Part shown: positions 27,247 to 38,569 of the stretch, in pieces
Numbering within the stretch: position 1 is the first letter of the stretch
How the letters are laid out: each line of letters begins with the position of its first letter
NCBI RefSeq assembly: GCF_004010195.1
Contig: NC_057718.1
Coordinates: 72,345,018-72,409,017, forward strand
Direction of reading: 5' to 3'
DNA: 64,000 nucleotides
DNA from: Chiloscyllium plagiosum
Lineage: Eukaryota
Notes under the pieces: generated by a model
The model's database searches: none
Seen by the model: only the letters and a program-made list of their open reading frames with translations
What the model was told of the DNA's origin: nothing
Translations under genes and position numbers: made by a program

Positions 27247-27740
27247 TCAAAAGGTCGAAGAGTGAGGTGTTGGAAAAGCACAACCAGTCAGGCAGCATCT
27301 GAGGAGCAGGAGAATGGACGTTTCAAGCATAAACCTTTCATCAGGATTGAGGCATGTGGCCCAAGAGGCCTGAGAGATAATTGAGAGGGGAGGTGGGGTT
27401 GGGGAAAGGTAGCTGAGAATGCGATAGGTAGATGAAGGTGAGGGTGAAGTTGATAGGTCAGAGAGGAGGTTGGAGCGGATAGATGGGAACGAAGATGAAC
27501 AGATAGGGTAGCCCAAGAGGGCAGTGCTGAGTTGGAAAGTTGAATTTGGGATGGGGGGGGGGGGGGAAAAGAAGGGAAATGAGGAAACTGGTTAAATCCA
27601 CATTGATCCCATGTAGTTGCAGGGTCCCAAAGTGGAAGACGAGGCCTTCTTTCTCCAGGCATGGGGTGGTTAGGGCACGGCAGTGGAGGAAGCCCAGGAC
27701 TTGCATCTCCTTGGCGGAGGAAGAGTTCAAGATGTGGATT
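27247..27740 (-). mobile_element. Penelope-like element 3' end ending in the family-A terminal sequence
   Basis: LEKEGLVFHFGTLQLHGINVD (C-terminus of the GIY-YIG region), a pyrimidine-rich UTR, then aatcCTGATGA...GAAACGTC. Confidence 0.7.
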
Positions 27741-27944
27741 TAATGGAAGCTCCATGGATAGACAAGTATCAACAACTGTCCATATATGGGAGATGGGAAA
27801 TATTGCATTAATACATGGCAGCAGGAGTTTCGATATGGGGACAGTCACTGGCAGGAACTTTAGGCATGATTAGAGGGTTTTAAGATTGCATGTGTAGGGT
27901 AAGGGTACTTTGAGGAGTTTGGGCAGTGAAGCGCTGTGATAGGA

Positions 27945-29050
27945 CATAAAACAGTGCAGCACAGTACAGGCCCTTCAGCCCACAATGTTGTGCCAAGCAT
28001 TTATTTTAATCTAAAATCAATCTAACCTACACACCCCTCAATTTATTGCCATCCATGTGCTTGTACAGCAGTTGCTTAAATGTCCCTAAGGTTTCTGACT
28101 CTACTATCACCGCTGGAAGTGCATTCCACACGCCCACCATTCTCTGTGTTAAGAACCTACCTCTGACATCTCCCCTAAACCTTCTTCCAATCACCTTAAT
28201 ATTGTGACCCCTCGAAATAGACATTTCAGTGCTGAGAACGAGAGGCTATCTACGCCTCTGATTATCTTGTACACCACCATCAAGTCACCTCTCTTCTTTC
28301 TTCTCTCCAATGTGAAAAGCCCTAGCTCACTCAACTTCTGTTCATACGACATGCCCTTCAATCTTGGCAGCATCCGAGTAAATCTCCTCTGCACTCCCTT
28401 TAAAGAATCCACATCCTTTTTATAATGAGGCAACCAGATATGGGCACAATATTCCAAGTGTGGTCTAACCAGGGTTTTACAGAGCTACAGCAAAACCTCG
28501 CAGCTCTTAAACTCAATCCCCAGTTACTGAAAGCCAAAATACTACATGTCTTCTAAACAACCCTATCAACTTAGGTGGCAACTTTGAGGGATCTATGTAC
28601 CTGGACCCCAAGATCCTGCTGTTCCTCCACACTGCCAAGAATCCAATCTCACCCTATACCCTGTATTCAGCATTCAAATTTGACCTTCCAAAATGAATCG
28701 CTTCACATTTATCCAGGTTGAACCCCATCTATCTCTTCTCAGCCCAGAGCTTTTCAGCCCTACATCCTGTCAATGTCTTGTTGTAGCCTGCAACACCCCT
28801 TGACACTATCTACAACACCACTGACCTTTGTGTTATCAACAAACTTACTAACCCACCCTTCCACTTCTTCATCCAAGTTATTTATAAAACTACGAATAAC
28901 AGAGGCCCAAGAACAGATTACTGCGGGGCACCACTGGCCACTGATCTCCAGGCGGAAAACTATACATCCACTACCACTTGCTGTCCCCTTTCAACCAGCC
29001 AATACTGTAGTCAGACGCCAAATTTCCATGTATCCCATGCCTCCTATCTT
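27945..29050 (-). mobile_element. CR1 3' fragment
   Basis: EYCAHIWLPHY and RGDLMVVYKI motifs with tail. Confidence 0.85.
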
Positions 29051-29659
29051 TCTGAATGAAAATGCTTCTTCATCCTTAAAATAATTCTCTATTTAAATTT
29101 GTCCACCACAGTTTCAATTTCACAATTGCATTGATTCTGCCTGATTGAATAGACTTTTCTCCCATTGTCAGTGCCCATTTTTTTTCCTCCTCAATATTTC
29201 CTGGTTCTTACACTTTGGGAGAGAGTTTATTCCTCGGCCATCCAGCCTCAGAGGCTGAGAGTTCCTGATGCAGGTAGATGGAAAGCTTGTCTTCGGGCTC
29301 TCATACTTTAGAGAGTTTAAAGATAAAGAAGAAATCATAAAATATCCCTCCCGCTCACTCCCCCTCATTCAAGCCATTCGATTTGTTTTTATCCATTCCC
29401 ATGGCCCTTAATACTTTCCATGTGTCACTAAGACAATTTACTCAACAATCCTCCACCACAGTCCCTCAAACTCCCTCTGCTTATTTAGCCAGTGACATGG
29501 TCATTTATAGCCTTTGTGCTATCCTATGCTCACCTACTATCCTCCATAACTCCTCAGACCCGTCTCACCCTATACCCCAATTATCCCCATGAACATTTAT
29601 AGTCCCATACAAGCTCATTTCCCCAAAACATCATCCTTTGTCCTTCTCTGTCCATGTAA

Positions 29660-30946
29660 ATCCACATAGCATCCACAATGGCAGACCTCAGGACGTGTAC
29701 TCGCAATTGATGATGTCACTTTAGAGAAAGAAAACACACATGCTGGTAACAAGTAAGTTCCTTCAAAAAATCTGCAAACGCCTATGGGCACAATATGCTC
29801 AAACTAGTTTGAAGATGGGAAACCAATGCCATCCGCGAACAAGTGTATTTCCGACATGAATGCCTCTGGAAACAGGTATTACCATGATGTGTCAAATGCA
29901 AACCACCTCTCAGCACCCAACAAGTCAGAAGAACAGTAGAACAAAATGCCGCAGAATGTTACAAGAAATGATACCCACAACCGACTCCACAAATACGAAT
30001 GGGAAGCTTTGCGCCAAAAAGCTCTGTATACCAACATAACTGACCATGAGTTGACAAGTACATTAGACCGAGTCATCAACACTAAACAACAGTGGACCAA
30101 GACAAAGAAAAGACTAGCCCTTCAAGAAAAACCTGGACAAATTCACAAGCAACAGACAATTCAGAAGCTTGGATAAAAAAAAACCTGTGGGACCGACCAT
30201 TCACATACACAGAAAAAGCAGTCTTAGTACGAGGGATGAGCTACAACTACAGTCACGTGGACAAAATGGACTTTCTAGCAGCACTGGAATCAACCCTGAA
30301 AGACAATGGACTTAAGTAAGAAATCCAGCAGGCCATCAGACAGACTGTAGCACCAACACTAAGCAGGAAGAAAGAAAGGTACACTCTCAACACACTGGAA
30401 TGGAAAGCCCTGGAAGGACTCAGAAAAGACAGAAATGCTGTAATCATACCGGCAGACAGAGTGCATCACCGTCATCCTGAACAAAACATAGTACATTGAA
30501 AAAGCAAACACACTACTCGCAGATACCAACACCTACCAACAGGAGGCGATGGATCAGACTCCACAGCTAGAAAACCGAATGACAGCTGCACTGAAGAAAC
30601 CCCACAAGGCAGGTGAAATTAACAAAGAATGAAACCTGGTAGATCCAACACACTCCATTTCTACAGGTTACCAAAGGTACACAAACCAGGGACCCCCAAT
30701 CAGATCCGTAGTCTCATTTCCCAGCATTTCAACATCAACCGGAATACCTAATAGAAGACTCACGCCACTCCATCCACTCCACCCAGCAATTCCTGAACAT
30801 CAAAGACACCAAAGTGGGTGATGACGTGGTCATGATTTCTTCAACATGATGGCCCTATTCACATTAATAAACATCACCCTGGCCAAAGAAACACTGGCCT
30901 CACTAACACAAACACCAGACAGCACCAACTCAATCAGCAAGGACAG
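29660..30946 (+). mobile_element. Degenerate Penelope-like element (N-terminus and RT), truncated by a gap
   Basis: EKAVLVRG, VIIPAD, FYRLPKVHKPG and ALFTLINI motifs. Confidence 0.75.
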
Positions 30947-31446
30947 NNNNNNNNNNNNNNNNNNNNNNNNNNNNNNNNNNNNNNNNNNNNNNNNNNNNNN
31001 NNNNNNNNNNNNNNNNNNNNNNNNNNNNNNNNNNNNNNNNNNNNNNNNNNNNNNNNNNNNNNNNNNNNNNNNNNNNNNNNNNNNNNNNNNNNNNNNNNNN
31101 NNNNNNNNNNNNNNNNNNNNNNNNNNNNNNNNNNNNNNNNNNNNNNNNNNNNNNNNNNNNNNNNNNNNNNNNNNNNNNNNNNNNNNNNNNNNNNNNNNNN
31201 NNNNNNNNNNNNNNNNNNNNNNNNNNNNNNNNNNNNNNNNNNNNNNNNNNNNNNNNNNNNNNNNNNNNNNNNNNNNNNNNNNNNNNNNNNNNNNNNNNNN
31301 NNNNNNNNNNNNNNNNNNNNNNNNNNNNNNNNNNNNNNNNNNNNNNNNNNNNNNNNNNNNNNNNNNNNNNNNNNNNNNNNNNNNNNNNNNNNNNNNNNNN
31401 NNNNNNNNNNNNNNNNNNNNNNNNNNNNNNNNNNNNNNNNNNNNNN
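30947..31446. other. Assembly gap (500 N)
   Basis: N run. Confidence 1.
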
Positions 31447-31448
31447 AT

Positions 31449-31556
31449 TCATGCCGCCAGCACAAAAAACGAAAGGCCAGGAAGACCGTGCTCCACGCCA
31501 TCGACTCCTGGCGGGCGATCAGGTACCGTGAGCTCACAGGGCTCGAGTTAATGTGA
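31449..31556 (+). CDS. Probable C-terminal cytoplasmic tail of a retroviral Env; 5' part lies in the gap
   Basis: SCRQHKKRKARKTVLHAIDSWRAIRYRELTGLELM*: basic cluster plus YxxL, ending about 125 nt before the PPT. Confidence 0.4.
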   Translation, partial: SCRQHKKRKARKTVLHAIDSWRAIRYRELTGLELM

Positions 31557-31691
31557 CTTTCTCCCGGGACTATCCAAAGGCCCCATGACTGCAGCATGAC
31601 GGCCGACGGAATGTACCGGGCGAGGAGCCGACTTTTAAAATATCGGCATCGGGGGTGTGGACGTGTCCAACCCCTTGCCGAAAGGGGGGAC

Positions 31692-32419
31692 TGCAAGCGG
31701 GCATCAGAGCCGCCCTGCTTTTGCCACGGGACTGCCTACATCAGGAAACTATAGGAATTCATTTTGTGTTTTAAACAGCAGTCGCAGCTTTAAACCCACA
31801 GAACTCAGCAGCTGCCGGTCCGCCCACGTGACCGGGAGATAGGAGACAGAGGACAGATAAAATCCACACTATACCAACACTACCCATAACTCTTGGACCA
31901 AAACTCCGGAATTAATTAATATGGAAACCCATCTCCTAATCACATCAAGAGACTGACTGAAACACACCCATACCCATCGATACGGAGCCACCCTGACACA
32001 AAGGACAGGTATCCACCAGACAGGAACAGACAGACCAATACACACCAACACCCCAAGGGAACAAAGGGGGGTGCTAGCCCCTGCCCTCACAAAGAGAGAC
32101 AAGCAGATAATACCCGGACCCGTTTTACATAAACCAATTAGCACCCTAAAGTGCGTGCCCTGCAACTCTCCTGGGACGGCAGGAAACATTCTATTTACAC
32201 CTACTCCAGTGATGATGGGGAACTATCATCCCATTCATCCTCAAATTCCACACATCCTGACAACTAAAAGTATATAATATGTAGCAGCGCGCGGGAACAG
32301 GAGAGCAGCCGAGATTCAGACCTCGGTTGGTCTCCGCCGGCGTTACTGTAGCAATAAACGTTACCGATTGTTGAACCGCACTCTGGGCTCGGACTGATAT
32401 CATTTCATCCGCGCTAACA
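31692..32419 (+). mobile_element. 3' LTR (728 bp) of an endogenous retrovirus or LTR element
   Basis: PPT GAAAGGGGGG-AC at 31680-31691; termini TGCAAGCGGG...CCGCGCTAACA; TATATAA at 32271; AATAAA at 32353; abrupt junction into a CR1 at 32420. Confidence 0.75.
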
Positions 32420-34598
32420 AGGTATACAAGTTAATGAATGGAATAGATCGAGTCAATAGCCAGAGACTTTTCCCCAGGGCAGAATTGACTGGTAGAAGGA
32501 GTCATAGTTTTAAGATATTAGGAGAAAGGTATAGAGGAGATGTCAGAGGTATGTTCTTTATGCAGAGAGTGGAATGCGTAGCCAGCTGTGGTGGTCGAAG
32601 CAGAGACATTGGGGACATTTAAGCGACTGCTAGATAGGCACATGGAGACCAGTGAGTTGAGGGATGCGTAGATTAAGTAATTATATTTTATATTAGGATT
32701 AAACCTCGGCACAACATCGTGACCAAAGGGCCTGTTCTGTGCTGTACTTTTCTATGTTCTAGTCCACACTACAGAAGGAGGTGCTGTAAGTCTTAAAATG
32801 CATTAAGTTAAATAAAGATCTAATTCTAGGGACACTTATTTAAGGTGAGGGGGGGAAGTTCAAAGGAGATGCGAAGAGCAAATTTTTATATAGAGAGTGG
32901 TAGGAGTCTGGAACGTGCTGCCAGCACTGGTGGTTGTGGCAGAAGCGATAAGGGCATTTAAAGGACTTTTAAATAAGCGTATGAATATGCAAGGAATGGA
33001 GGGATATGGACTAAGGTCAGGCGGAAGGGATCAGTTTCATTAGCGTCATATTTGGTACAACATTGTGGGCCATAGGGCCCATTCCTGTGCTGTACTGTTT
33101 TATGTTCTAAATCCCCAGGAAATTTGGAAATGTATCCCAGGACTTTGTGGGGTCGAGAAAGGAAATTGCAGGGACTCCTAGTGGAGATATTTGTATCATC
33201 AACAGCCACGGGTGAAGTGTCTGAAGATTGGAAAAATGGTTAACATTGTGCCAATATTTAAGAAAAATTGCAGGGAATTGCCTGGAAACTATAGACCAGT
33301 GAGCCTAACTTCTGTGGTGCGTAAGTTGTGAGAGAGAATTCTGAAAGATAGGACCTACAGGCATTTGGAGAGGCAAGGACTCATTTGGGATAGTCAGGAT
33401 GGCTTTGTATTTGGAAATCGTGTCTCATGAATTTGATTGAGTTTTCTGAAGGGATTATCATGAAAGTAGATGAGGGTAGTGTGTTAGAAGTTGTCTAGAT
33501 GGACTTTAGCAAGATCTTTGACAAAGTACCGCATGGTAGATTGATGAGTAAGGTTAAATTTTGCAGGATCCCGAGAGAGTTGGCCAATTTGATACAAAAT
33601 TGGCTTAAAGGTAAAAGGCAGAGGTTAGTGGTACAGGCTTGTTTTTTTCGACTGGAGGTCTGTGACCAACAGTGTGCCACAGGAATCGGTGCTGGGTCCA
33701 CTGTTATTCATTATTTATATGAATGATTTAGATAAGAATTTAGGACGTATGTTTAGTACGTTTGTGGATAACACCAAGATTGATGGTGTAATGGACAATG
33801 ATGAAAGTTATGTGGGAATTTATCAAATGGACCAGTGGTCTGAGGAATGGCAGATCGAGTTTAATTTAGATAAATGTCAGGTGTTGAATTTTAGTTGGTC
33901 AAACCAAGGCAGGACCTACACAGGGCCCCAATGAGTGTTGTAGAACAAAGTGATCTCACAGTACAAGTTCATAGCTTTGAAAGTGAAGTGAAGAAGGCTT
34001 TCCCTGTGCTTGTTTTCATTGATCAGAGGATTGAGTATAGGAATTGGGACGTCTTGTTGCAGCTGTACAAGTTGTTATATCTGGAGTACTGCATGCAGTT
34101 TCTGATTGCCCTACTATAGAAAGAATATTATAAAACTAGAAAGATTGCAGAAAAGATTTATTAAGATACAATCTGTACTAGAAGATATAACTTATAAGGA
34201 GAGGTTAGATAGGCTGGGACCTTTTCCCTGCAGTATAAGTGGTGACCTTATAGAGGTATACAAAATGATGAGAGGCACAGATAAGATAGACATCTTTATC
34301 CCGTGGTGAGGGAGTCTAAAACTAGAGGGCATACGTTTCAGGGAGGGGGAGAGATGCTAAAGGGTCTGGAGAGGCAATTTTATCACACAGATGGTGGGTG
34401 TCTGGAATGGGCAGCCAGAAGTAGTGGTGGAAGCGAGCACAATTTCATAATTTAAGAAACATTTACACAGGTACACAGATGGGATTAGGTACACAGGGAT
34501 ATGGACCAAACATGGGCAACAGGGCTGGTTTAATTGTGAAAATTGGGTGGCTTGGTCAAGTTGGGCCTTTTTCCATGCTGTAGACCTTGTGACTCTAT
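32420..34598 (+). mobile_element. Three tandem CR1 fragments (32420-32760, 32830-33108, 33108-34598)
   Basis: VYKLMNGIDRV, PGNYRPVSLTS, DFSKIFDKVPH and VLGPLLFIIY motifs with CR1 tails. Confidence 0.85.
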
Positions 34599-34944
34599 AG
34601 TTTCAGCTGGCAGCTGAACATTAAGGACACTGGTGAGCACTGGGTCATTGCATGTGATGTGTACCTGTACATGCTGATAATTCACCATCCTAGTTACACC
34701 TTCCCTTTTGAGTGTTAAAGCCCTGCTTCAGAGTTTGGATAAATCTCTCCACCTGGCTGTTTTTTTGCCAGTTGATATGGAGCCGATCTCACAATTATGA
34801 TACTGTAATTTTCCAGGTAATCCTCAAACTCTTACACCACAAACTGTGGATAATTGTTACTCACGACTTGTTTGGGATTCTGTAGGGATTCTGTTAAAAA
34901 TGACACAACACCAGGTTATAGTCCAACAGGTTTAATTGGAAGCA

Positions 34945-34979
34945 CACTAGCTTTCAGAGCAATGCTCCTTCATCAGGTG
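34945..34979 (-). ncRNA. Minimal type I hammerhead ribozyme, family B, at a Penelope 3' end
   Basis: CAC-CTGATGA-A-GGAGC att GCTCT-GAAA-GCTA-GTG: helix I CAC/GTG, helix II, palindromic AG/CT helix III and CUA triplet. Confidence 0.7.
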
Positions 34980-35576
34980 ATAGTGGAGGGCTCAATCGTA
35001 ACACAGAATTTATAGCAAAAATTTACAGTGTGATGTAACTGAAATTATACATTGAAAAATTGATTGTCTGTTAAGCCTTTCATCTGTTAAGCCTTTCATC
35101 TGTTAGAGTACAGTGATAGTTTCACTTCTTTCATGTGTAAACTGTTAACAATGGTGATAGCTAGACAATATATTGAAGGTGTTGGCCCCCTGTGTTCTCT
35201 GTCTATGCCATGATGCTTAGATTGATTCTAACCTAAAAAGTGAGATAACGGACTTTTACATAAATTCATGCAGTTTTTGAGCTCAGAGTTCTACATGAAT
35301 GCATGCAGTTTTTGAGCAAAGTACAATGTAACCCTGCAAGTACAAATTCACCCCACAAAACATATGTGTGCATGTGGGTCTTTGTCTGTCTGTGTGTGTG
35401 TCTGTCTGGGTTGGGGGTTGTGAGTATGAGAAAGTGTATGTGTGTGTATAGTTTTTTGCAGAGTGTCTTAAGTCTGTGAGGGGGTGCATGTGTGAGTGTG
35501 GGAATGTGTGTGTCTGTAAGGGTGTGTGTGGGTGTCTGTGTGCGCGTCTGTGTGGATGTGTGTCCATGTGTATGTG

Positions 35577-35675
35577 AGGAGAAAGTGAAGAAGGGCTTAT
35601 GCCCGAAACGTCGATTCTCCTGTTTCCTGGATGCTGCCTGACCTGCTGCGCTTTTCCAGTAACACATTTTCGGCT
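35577..35675 (+). mobile_element. Family-A short element with an 11-nt inverted stub
   Basis: 12-bp TSD catgtgtatgtg at 35565-35576 and 35676-35687. Confidence 0.8.
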
Positions 35676-37363
35676 CATGTGTATGTGAGAGTGTGTGTTT
35701 GTAGGAGTATCTGTGTGTGTGTTTAGTGGTCAGCTGTAATGTTACATGAACCCAAGGTCCCTCCCTATGGGTACCGAACTTAGCTATCAGCCTCTGCTCA
35801 GCCACTTTTCTCTGCTGCCTGTCCCGAAGTCCACCTTGGAGGATGGTCACCCGAAGGTCCGAGGCTGAATGTCCTGGACCACTGAAGTGTTCCCCAACTG
35901 GGAGGGAACCCTCCTGTCTGTTGATTGTTGTGTGGTGCCCATTCATCCGTTGTTGTGTAGCCTTTGCTCGGTTTCCCCAATGTACCATGCCTCCAGGCAT
36001 TCTTGCCTGCAACGTATAAGATAGAATTTGGCTGAGTCACATGAGTATCTACCATGTACAAGGTGGGAGGTGTCCCCATGTGTAATGGTGGTATCTATGT
36101 CCACACTCTGACACGTCTTGCAGCATCTACCGTGACAGGGTTGTATGGGGTTGTCCTGAGAGCCGGGCAGCTTGCTACGAACAATGATCTGTTTGAGGTT
36201 TGGCGGTGGTTTAAAGGCAAGTAGTGGAGGTGTGGGGAAGGTCTTGGTGAGGTGCTCATCCTCATTGATAATGTGTTGCAGGTCATGAAGAACATGGTTT
36301 TTCAGCTCCTGGGAAGTACTGAACAACGAAGGGTACCCTGTCAGTTGCAGCATGTGTCTGTCTCCTGAGGAGGTCATTATGGTTCCTTGCTGTGGCACGT
36401 CGGAACTGGCGGTCGATGAGTTGAGCATCGTACCCCGTTCTTGTGAGGACATCCTTGAGTACTTCCAGGTGTCCATCACGTTCCTCCTCATCTGAGCAGA
36501 TCCGGCGATCAATAATTTGCTGATTTTTAGGCAGTTCAAATCACCCCCACATCCCTGGTTCTGACACTGGATTTATTACAGGAAATGTGAAATGAAGAAG
36601 GCAGTAGACAGGTGTTTCAGGGCAAAAGGATCTCTGCGTTAATCAAATACAAATGTATAACACAAGAAATAAAAGGCAAGTGCAATAAAACAGTGAAATC
36701 AACACAGTTATACAGAGGACAGTGATTAGATACACTATTAAATTGAATACAAGTTAAACACTATTGGAACTAAATATTAGGTCTTTATCATAGAAACTAT
36801 TCCTTCGGCTTCCTACCCTTAGGGTTCCCTGCTCTGTAACCACCCAACTCCCACTCCCGGTTAGCAAGGTTCGAAACTTTGGGATTTCGGAAATTAAGCT
36901 CACCACTTGGGTGAATTCGCGATCCTGAAACACAAGTGGCTGTTCCCGCTTGCCGTAGTGGGTGCTTTACTGAGGATTATAGACGGTGTAGGCCTTCAGG
37001 CTGCGTTGAGTCCGCTGATGCAGTAGGATTCGTATTGGAATTACCTGGTGAGTATTTGATTCTTCTTATAATCTGGTGATTATTGTGAGCTGGTTTTCAC
37101 CTCAGGATGTGCTTGAGGCCTTGTGGTGCCGGTCAGGTCGGTAGTTTTCGGGGGTTGCACCGCTGGTTTCCCTGGCAAGGAACAGGCCTGTGTCGGTATG
37201 TCTCGTTTCTCAGAGCGTTAACTATCTGTGATCCTTCTCCTGGTGGTAGCTGTGGGGAATAACTCAAATGAGGAGGGCCTACATTATACAAAATTGCATG
37301 CCATTTACCTCCCCATCACATCTGGTTTCCTACAATAATCGCTTTGTTGTTTCTTCTGTAATG

Positions 37364-37852
37364 ATTTGGAGGTGCCGATGTTGGACTGGGGTGGACAAAG
37401 TTAAAAATCACACAATTCCTGAGGAAGGGCTTATGCCCGAAACGTCGATTCTCCTGCTTCTTTGATGCTGCCTGACGTGTTGCGCTTTTCCAGCAACACA
37501 TTTTTCAGCTCTGATCTCCAGCATCTGCACCCCTCACTTTCTCCTAAAAATCACACAATACCCGGTTATAGTCCAACAGATTTATTTGGAAGTAATAGCT
37601 TTCGGAGCCCTGTTCCTTCATCAGGTGGTTGTGAAATATAAAATCCGAAGACACAGAATTTAGAGCAAAAGTTTACAATCCAGCTCTTTTCAATATATCA
37701 TCTCAGTTGCACCACACTGTAAACGTTTACTCTAAATTCTGTCTTCCGATTTTATACTTCACAGCTACCAGATGAAAGAGCAGTGCTCCGAGAGCTAGTG
37801 CCTCCAAATAAATCTGTTGGACTATAATCTGGAGTTGTGTGATTTTTAACTT
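37364..37852. mobile_element. Fold-back family-B element containing a family-A insert at 37417-37545
   Basis: Inverted arms; the insert has a 14-bp TSD aaaaatcacacaat (37403-37416, 37546-37559) and the core CTGAGGA-A-GGGCttatGCCC-GAAACGTC. Confidence 0.8.
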
Positions 37853-38569
37853 ATGTGATGAATTGGTCTTCCTGATTATTAGAGTAGGTGTTTGTGATTA
37901 AATATCCATTGAAGTTGGAGGTCTTGAATTTGTCAGGGGCGAAAGTGAGGACTGCAGATGCTGGAGATCAGAGTCAAGATTAAAGTGGTGCTGGAAAAGC
38001 CCAGCAGGTCAGGCAGCATCCGATGAGCAGGAAAATCAACATTTCGGGCAAAAGCATCGATTTTCCTGTGTCTTGGAATTTGTAGAGACTCCATGTTGTC
38101 TGAATTCAGTTTGTCATAAAGGTTTGATCATTGTTCTTGTAGAGTAGACCTGACAAAGGAGCAGCACTTCAAAAGTTTGTACTTCTAAATAAACCTGTTG
38201 GACTATAACCTGGTGTTGTGTGATTTTTTTTTAACCTTGTGGAGCTGAGATGTGAACAGGTGTCCCCAGTTTCTAGACTAGCAGCATAGCTCAGCTGCTA
38301 GTTTTATTTTTGTTAAGTTTAATTTTGAAAAACAATCTCCAAGATTCTGGTAGAAGCCCAGAATGGTGAGGAATCTTCTCAAAGCAATTGAGATTTTTGC
38401 TTAACCCTACAATTCTGAAACTTGGCAAATATTTCATCCAGGATAAAGTAAGGACTGTAGATACTGGAGATCAGAGTTGAGAATGTGGTGCTGGAAAAGC
38501 ACAGCAGGTCAGGCAGCATCTGAGGAGCAGGAGAATTGACGTTTTGGCACAAGCCCTTCATTCATCCAG

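Larger units (their letters stand above)
34892..36510 (-). mobile_element. Penelope-like element 3' portion: GIY-YIG endonuclease remnant, UTR and family-B terminus
   Basis: FKPPPNLKQIIVRSKL, CKTC, FYLIRCRQECLEAWYIGETEQRL and EQRLIAKFGT motifs. Confidence 0.9.
34881..38411. mobile_element. Probable solo LTR expanded by nested Penelope and short elements
   Basis: ATTC|TGTAGGG ... CCCTACA|ATTC: 4-bp TSD and 7-bp terminal inverted repeat. Confidence 0.5.

Noticed and set aside
29212..29305. Minus-strand exon candidate with a pyrimidine tract and gtaaga donor
   Set aside because: The only open frame makes a TGA when joined to the 25733 exon, and the other frames contain stops
19680..31696. Long ORFs 19680-20384, 30830-31696, 30846-31556 and 30934-31452
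   Set aside because: Their length comes from reading through N gaps
31447..32419. CpG-island bidirectional promoter for PGM3
   Set aside because: The PPT, TG...CA termini, TATA/AATAAA order and sharp CR1 junction fit an LTR better
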